A stretch of 26,895 nucleotides of DNA from assembly GCA_965224245.1 (NCBI GenBank), contig CBDCYW010000007.1, positions 1 through 26,895 on the forward strand, written 5' to 3'. Below, piece by piece: positions 23,260 to 26,895 of the stretch. The notes under the pieces were generated by a model. That model made no database searches. It was not told the DNA's origin and saw only the letters and a list, made by a program, of their open reading frames with translations. Within the stretch, counting starts at the first letter, position 1, and the number at the start of each line of letters is the position of its first letter. This DNA comes from Candidatus Eiseniibacteriota bacterium (GTDB lineage Bacteria > Eisenbacteria > RBG-16-71-46 > CAZAMP01). Position numbers and translations under genes: made by a program.

Positions 23260-23901
23260 CTACGCCGCCGCGCAGCCGCTACCGGCGCTCTCGACGAACA
23301 CCTTGATGTTCCGCCGACCAAGTTCGAGAGCTTCGACCGGGACGAGTTCGAGCCCACGGTGCCGCCGGAGAGCGTTCACGGCCGCGCGAAGGTTTAAGAG
23401 CTGCCGGCGGACCGGTGCATAGCGCGCATACGGAACGCGCGCGAGCTCGTGGGCGAGCTCTTCTGCGCTTCGCTTTGTCGCGACTTCCTCGAAGTACGCG
23501 CGCAGACGCGCGTATTCCTCGTGGGCGATGCGCACGCTTCCGTGCCCGCCTCGAAACCCCACGTTGTAGTTCCGGTAGACGATGGGCTTCCGTGCCGTGT
23601 CTTCGATGCTGTCTGCCTCGAAGATGCGGAACTCGTGCGCACCGCGCGTCGCGATGAGCACGAAGAAGCGCTCGTGCCGGAGGTAGTGCAGGTTCGCAAG
23701 TCCCCGCAGCTTCCTCCGAGCTCGCGCTTGTTTCGAAACGGCGATGCCATACTTCGCAAGCAGCTTCTCGTCGACCATCCGCACGTCTTTCCCCTCAGGC
23801 ACCCAACCGCTCACGTAGTAGCGGTAGCCTGCTGGGAGGTATTGGACCGCGAGCTGCTGGACGAACGCCTCGACGCTCCGTGCTTCGTATCGGTACTCCA
23901 T
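23260..23901 (-). CDS. Conserved hypothetical basic protein (213 aa)
   Basis: GAGG RBS. Globular, aromatic- and Arg-rich (FVQQLAVQYL..GYRYYVSG..VDEKLLAKY..NLHYLRHERFFVLIAT..YAPVRRQL). Confidence 0.8.
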   Translation of the reverse strand: MEYRYEARSVEAFVQQLAVQYLPAGYRYYVSGWVPEGKDVRMVDEKLLAKYGIAVSKQARARRKLRGLANLHYLRHERFFVLIATRGAHEFRIFEADSIEDTARKPIVYRNYNVGFRGGHGSVRIAHEEYARLRAYFEEVATKRSAEELAHELARVPYARYAPVRRQLLNLRAAVNALRRHRGLELVPVEALELGRRNIKVFVESAGSGCAAA

Positions 23902-24249
23902 CGCCGTTTCCTCTTCGAGCGTGAAAGTGAGGGGAACTCGCCTCGCGCCTTGAGCGCGGGCCGGCTTACCCCTCAGAGCCGTTGACCTTCGGCAGCGCGC
24001 GAAGCGCGCGTCCGGCTCTTCCCCGCTCGAAGCACGTCCGGGCTCTCCGGGAGCTCCCGTGCATTCGCTCTGCTGCGAACGCTCGTCATGCTCTCCAGTG
24101 AGCGCTCGGACGCCTGAGCCATCGGGCGCCGTAAGCGCGTCGCTTTCGCTCCACCCATCACCTCCTTCCTGTCGGTTGTGCGCGCTTTCCCGCTGGCTCC
24201 GCTGTGTTCCTTACAGCGGAGCCCTACTCATAGCGGTCTCGCGCCCAAC

Positions 24250-24296
24250 AAAAAAAACCGCCTGCACCGAAGCGCTGAGCGCACTTCGAGTGCAGG
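24250..24296 (-). terminator. Intrinsic terminator-like hairpin
   Basis: Stem CCTGCAC/GTGCAGG with inner CGAAG/CTTCG and an adjacent A8 run (U8 on the minus strand). Confidence 0.65.
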
Positions 24297-24635
24297 TCGT
24301 CTCTCCGCTGCCAGAAGTCAGGAGCCGTCAGGCTCTCCACTTCTAGAGCGGCTAGCTTCTTCCGAAGACCTCGAGCCGGAGGCGCACGCCGTTTGCGCGC
24401 GCGCCTTCCGGCCGAGACATTCCGTCAGGTGCAGTAATGCGCCTGTCGTCCCTTTCGTTCGTCTCACCGCGCGGCACCACCCGCCACGGTATCGAGAAGG
24501 AGAATCCGACCCCTCTACAATGGAGCCGTATCTCCCCGCTTCCGCGCTCACCTACTTGGGACCCACTCCCCCACTACAGACTTTCAATCACCTCGAGGAC
24601 CAATCGAGGCACCGAGCACCACCCCGGCATCTGTA

Positions 24636-25441
24636 GCGGTTCCCCGGTTAGTGCAAACCGTCGACTTGCGAGTCACGCTGCTAAGCGGGCTGATTCCCGC
24701 GGGGCCATCCCCGTCGCTTGGACGGAAACGCAGCGAAGCGAATGTCCCCATTCGCTTCGGTCACTCGAGTGCGCGGCCGATGGCCGCGAGCTCGGCTTTC
24801 GGGGGGCAGAACACAGAAGCTCCCCCTTACGTATCTGCGCTGGCTTTTCGCGTTGTAGACACGTCTCTCGCAAGACTTCCCGGCAAGGGCTCGACGATTG
24901 CTCGCCTTTCGCCCCTCTCACGCTTGAGCTCTTCACCGTGAGCCTTTTCAGCTCATCGCCGAGTCGGTCAGACCCGGTGCCGACTGTCACCAGTTGGCAG
25001 CTCCACGCGCCGGCTGAGGTAATCGCCCCGTGCGATGCACGAAGCTCAACCCCCTCAGGCTGGGCTTTCACCAGCTACGGATTGCACAGGCAGGCAGAAC
25101 GCCCACCGTTTCCCGGTCGCCCGTGTTCGAAATGGAAAAGACCACCCTCTTCGAATCGGATAGAACGACGGGATTAGTCCGAGATGGAAACACTCGGGGT
25201 TAGGCCGTCGAGCCTCCGTCGAGCACGGACAAGCCACTCTCGCGGCATCCGGCTCTACAGGCACAGAGCATGAGGGTTGGTAACCCCTCCCCTTAGCCTG
25301 GATGGTGAGTCCAGGTTTACCGGGTGCTCTGCCCGCACCAACGGAATCAGAAAAGCCAAGCAGCTTTACTGACGACCGTCGGGACCAAAGTCTCCGACTG
25401 GCATCCAGAACTAGCGTACTTTTCCTCGGAAATCGAACCGC
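24636..25441 (+). ncRNA. Candidate large structured non-coding RNA (~800 nt, family unassigned)
   Basis: No credible CDS. Nested long-range complementarities and many local hairpins, with G-U pairs favouring the + strand (see findings). Confidence 0.6.
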
Positions 25442-25444
25442 CGC

Positions 25445-25466
25445 CGATGTCGGACGTCCGACATCG
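25445..25466. promoter_or_regulatory. parS-like palindrome, copy 4
   Basis: Perfect 22-bp CGATGTCGGACGTCCGACATCG upstream of the par operon. Confidence 0.8.
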
Positions 25467-25509
25467 CGCGGTTCGCGAATCACCACAGTCACTTGCGGCG
25501 CTCGACGGC

Positions 25510-25544
25510 AAAAAGCCCCCGGCTAACGCATCAACCCCGGGGGC
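25510..25544 (-). terminator. GC-rich hairpin with adjacent A5 run
   Basis: GCCCCCGG (25515-22) pairs with CCGGGGGC (25537-44). AAAAA at 25510-14. Confidence 0.5.
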
Positions 25545-25934
25545 GGTCTGCCTCCCGTGTCGCTCGTCGTCGGGTCCAAGGCGCTACCGCGCTCCCCGTG
25601 GGGGTGAGACCCGACGACGACCGCCACATACGGCATCCCTGAGCGCCCAGGAGCGCCGCTCCAAGCCTCGCCCACCCCAGACCCTTCCCCCCAGCTCTTC
25701 GTCGCTGTAGAACGGCCTGAATGCGTGCAAGGCCGCCCCGTGACCTGCCGCGGAGAAGAGACCCTCGGACTCCCACCAAACCGGCATCCCCCGGAGAGGG
25801 AGTGCCCTAACTCGTGTTGGGTACTCGACTTTTCCTCTTGCCAAGCTGGCAGCCAGGCTGATAGGAAGGCTTTAAGAGACTTAAACCGAACACATCCGAC
25901 CTAGGTCAACCTTGGTCACCAGCCAGGAGATTCG

Positions 25935-26189
25935 ATGCCTGAGGAGAAGCTCTACAAGCTCGTCGAGGTGGCCCGCGAGGCGGGCGTGAGCGCCACCACG
26001 ATACGCCGCTGGCTGAAGCGCGGCTGGATTGCGGAGCCAGGCAAGGACCGCAACGGCTGGCGCGTCTGGACTCGCGACGAGCTCGAGCCCGTCATCGACT
26101 TCGCGAACCAGTATGAGGAGCCGGCGCACAAGCGCCAGGCGAAACTCTTCGACGACGAAGCTCGCACCGGGCAGGGCGGTGGCTCATGA
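25935..26189 (+). CDS. MerR/Xis-like HTH DNA-binding protein
   Basis: YKLVEVAREAGVSATTIRRWLKRGWI..DRNGWRVWT. AGGAG RBS and ATGA overlap with parA. Confidence 0.85.
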   Translation: MPEEKLYKLVEVAREAGVSATTIRRWLKRGWIAEPGKDRNGWRVWTRDELEPVIDFANQYEEPAHKRQAKLFDDEARTGQGGGS

Positions 26190-26895
26190 GAATCATCGCG
26201 GTCGCGAACCAGAAGGGGGGAGTGGGGAAGACCACGACCACCATGAACCTCGGAGCAGCGCTTGCAAAGCAAGGCTCCCGGGTGCTCCTCGTCGACCTCG
26301 ACCCGCAATGCTCGCTCACGCTCTCGTGCGGATTGAAGCCCTACGAGCTCAAGCGCCACATCTACCACGTGCTCCTCGGCCAGCCGGCAAGCACCATCGA
26401 CGAAGTGACCCGGGAGACGCAGGACCCGGACGTCTACCTCGTGCCCTCGGGCATCGACCTGGCACGCGCTGACATGGAGCTCGCCTCTGCTATCAGCCGC
26501 GAGAGCTACCTCAAGCGCGCCCTGGACGCCTCAGACGAGCCCTACGACTACATCCTCATCGACTGCCCGCCGAGCCTTGGGATTCTCACGATTAACGCGC
26601 TCACGGCCGCGCATCGGCTTCTCGTGCCCGTCGAGGCGGACTTCCTCGCCTACGAGGGGACGAAGCTCCTCCTCCAGACCACGTTCCGGACCATCTGCGA
26701 GACGACGAACCCCGGCCTCGAGCTCCTCGGACTCGTCATCAACAAGTTCCAGGGCCGCCCGACGCACTCGAACGAAATCCGCCAGGCGCTCTACGACGCC
26801 TACCCGAACAAGGTCTTCGAGACCATCATCACGCTCGGCACGAGACTCCGAGACGCGAGCGCCTCTGGTGTCTCGCTCCTGCAGTTCGACGCCCG
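26186..26895 (+). CDS. parA: ParA/Soj-family partition ATPase (3' end outside window)
   Basis: MRIIAVANQKGGVGKTT deviant Walker A, LLVDLDPQ, YDYILIDCPPSLG. Open to the window end. Confidence 0.95.
   Translation, partial: MRIIAVANQKGGVGKTTTTMNLGAALAKQGSRVLLVDLDPQCSLTLSCGLKPYELKRHIYHVLLGQPASTIDEVTRETQDPDVYLVPSGIDLARADMELASAISRESYLKRALDASDEPYDYILIDCPPSLGILTINALTAAHRLLVPVEADFLAYEGTKLLLQTTFRTICETTNPGLELLGLVINKFQGRPTHSNEIRQALYDAYPNKVFETIITLGTRLRDASASGVSLLQFDA

Noticed and set aside
23973-24161. 62-aa minus-strand ORF with a good AGGAGG RBS
   Set aside because: The translation is not convincingly protein-like, so support is insufficient. It may be a leader peptide or a frameshifted gene.
24522-24560. 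GAGCCGTAT resembling the start of group II intron domain V
   Set aside because: No complementary 3' arm or domain VI follows, and no RT/maturase gene is present.
25168-25200. GATTAGTCC plus a GAAA hairpin resembling group I intron S element and P9
   Set aside because: No recognisable P, Q or R elements and no interrupted host gene. Kept only as a possibility for covariance-model testing.
24059-25844. ORFs such as 24437-25177 and 25055-25492
   Set aside because: Ser/Pro/Arg-rich, no RBS and no codon pattern matching the real genes.

Overview
A GC-rich window that looks like almost the whole of a ~27 kb low-copy plasmid, probably circular. The window opens inside parB and ends inside parA, so the backbone operon would read HTH-parA-parB-rep across the junction. 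A Planctomycetota-like host is my impression from recalled small proteins and is unverified. Modules in order: (1) parB and an HTH replication initiator whose gene contains iterons, a perfect DnaA box and AT-rich repeats, plus four copies of a 16-bp parS-like palindrome; (2) a co-oriented defence cluster with a small ORF, a Rad50/RloC-like ABC ATPase with a HEPN-like tail, DprA-like and PRTase genes, and type I R-M hsdR/M/S; (3) small genes, a tyrosine recombinase with an upstream res-like site, and a HEPN-like protein; (4) a mobilisation module with a hairpin-rich intergenic region, Replic_Relax-like protein(s), a large VirD4/TraD-like coupling protein and a lipoprotein interrupted by a truncated IS3 element between 40-bp direct repeats; (5) a small Trp-tailed membrane ORF, a 213-aa hypothetical protein and about 1.7 kb of non-coding DNA. 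The most striking item is a candidate ~800-nt structured RNA in that non-coding stretch, with nested long-range helices. Many single-base frameshifts probably reflect long-read assembly errors.
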